A stretch of DNA of 64,000 nt, taken from NCBI GenBank assembly GCA_964016885.1, contig OZ024744.1:19902001-19966000 (forward strand), given 5' to 3'. Numbering within the stretch: the stretch's first letter is position 1; every line of letters starts with the position of its first letter. This stretch comes from Eledone cirrhosa (taxonomy: Eukaryota). Made by a program: the position numbers and the translations under genes. Shown one piece after another: positions 63,022-64,000 of the stretch. The notes beneath the pieces were generated by a model. The model did no database searches. It was not told where the DNA came from and was given only the letters and a program-made list of their open reading frames with translations.

Positions 63022-64000
63022 CACACTACACCACACTACACCATACCACACCCCACAACACTACACAACATCACATTACAACACAGCACACTACAGCACA
63101 GCACACTACACCATAGCACAGCACACAACAGCATACCGCAGCACACTACACCTCAGCGCACTACACTACACCACAGCAAAGCACAGCACACTAAACTACA
63201 CCGCACCACACCACAGTACACCACATCACAGCACAGCACAGCACAGCACACCGAGGCACACCACTCTACACCACACCACACTACAATACACCACACTACA
63301 CTACACCACACCGCACCACACTACACCACACTACACCACACTACACCACACGACACTCACCAAGCCACACTACAGTACACACCACATTATACCACAGTAC
63401 ACCACACTACATCACACTACACCACACATCATCACACTACATGACACCACACTACACCACACTATACTACACTCCACTATACTACACTACACCACACCAC
63501 AACTCACTACACCACACTACACTACACCACACTACACCACACTACAGCACACCACACCACACTACACCACACCACATTACGCCACACATGAATACACCGC
63601 ACCACACTACACCACTACACTACACTATACTACAACACACGACACTACACCGCCCTACACGACCCTACACCACACTACACCACATTACACCACACCGCAC
63701 TACACTACACTACACTACACTACACTACACTACACTACACTACACTACACTACACTACACTACACTACACTACACCACACTACACCACACCACAATACGC
63801 TACACCACACTACACCACACTTCACCACACTACACTTCACCACACCACACCACACTACACCACACCAACCCACCACACACACTACATCACACCACACTAC
63901 ACCAACCCACCACACACACTACATCACACCACACTACACCACACAACACCACACTACACTAAACTACACTACACCGAATCACACACCACTACACCACACC
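63022..64000 (+). repeat. Pentanucleotide satellite continues past the LINE to the window end
   Basis: Same CACAC/TACAC units, with a (CAGCA)-rich patch at about 63080-63250 and a pure (CACTA)n run at about 63698-63775. Confidence 0.95.

Noticed and set aside
62397-63031. 10-bp TSD CACACTACAC around the LINE
   Set aside because: The string is present on both sides (62397-62406 and 63022-63031) but occurs constantly in the satellite, so it is not evidence.
16290-63962. His/Thr/Tyr/Pro-rich ORFs up to 346 aa (e.g. 26418-27458, 40575-41477, 53720-54754)
   Set aside because: They are translations of the pentamer satellite (HTTLH/HYTTP), which lacks stop codons by composition. There is no domain and no distinct codon structure.

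Overview
This is eukaryotic, almost entirely repetitive DNA. The SINE sequence looks cephalopod/octopus-like, but that is recalled from memory and not confirmed by a search. From left to right the window holds: about 0.8 kb of partly unique AT-rich sequence with TA/TG/CA microsatellites; a 1.2 kb degenerate (GGT)n tract; about 12 kb of a 26-bp minisatellite (TAGTAGTGTCTGTCTGTCACTATATA) in four blocks of alternating orientation, carrying two tRNA-derived SINE copies with target-site duplications; and about 49 kb of a degenerate pentanucleotide satellite (CACAC/TACAC). The pentanucleotide satellite has an inverted 0.9 kb leading block, irregular kb-scale internal duplications and one decayed 5'-truncated CR1-like LINE near the end. 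I can support no intact protein-coding gene. Nearly all ORFs in the track are translations of simple repeats, and the rest are LINE remnants or span a SINE. The most notable structures are the orientation flips centred on the minisatellite's own palindrome and the two divergent SINEs inserted at the same register of the unit. I see no convincing novel gene system.
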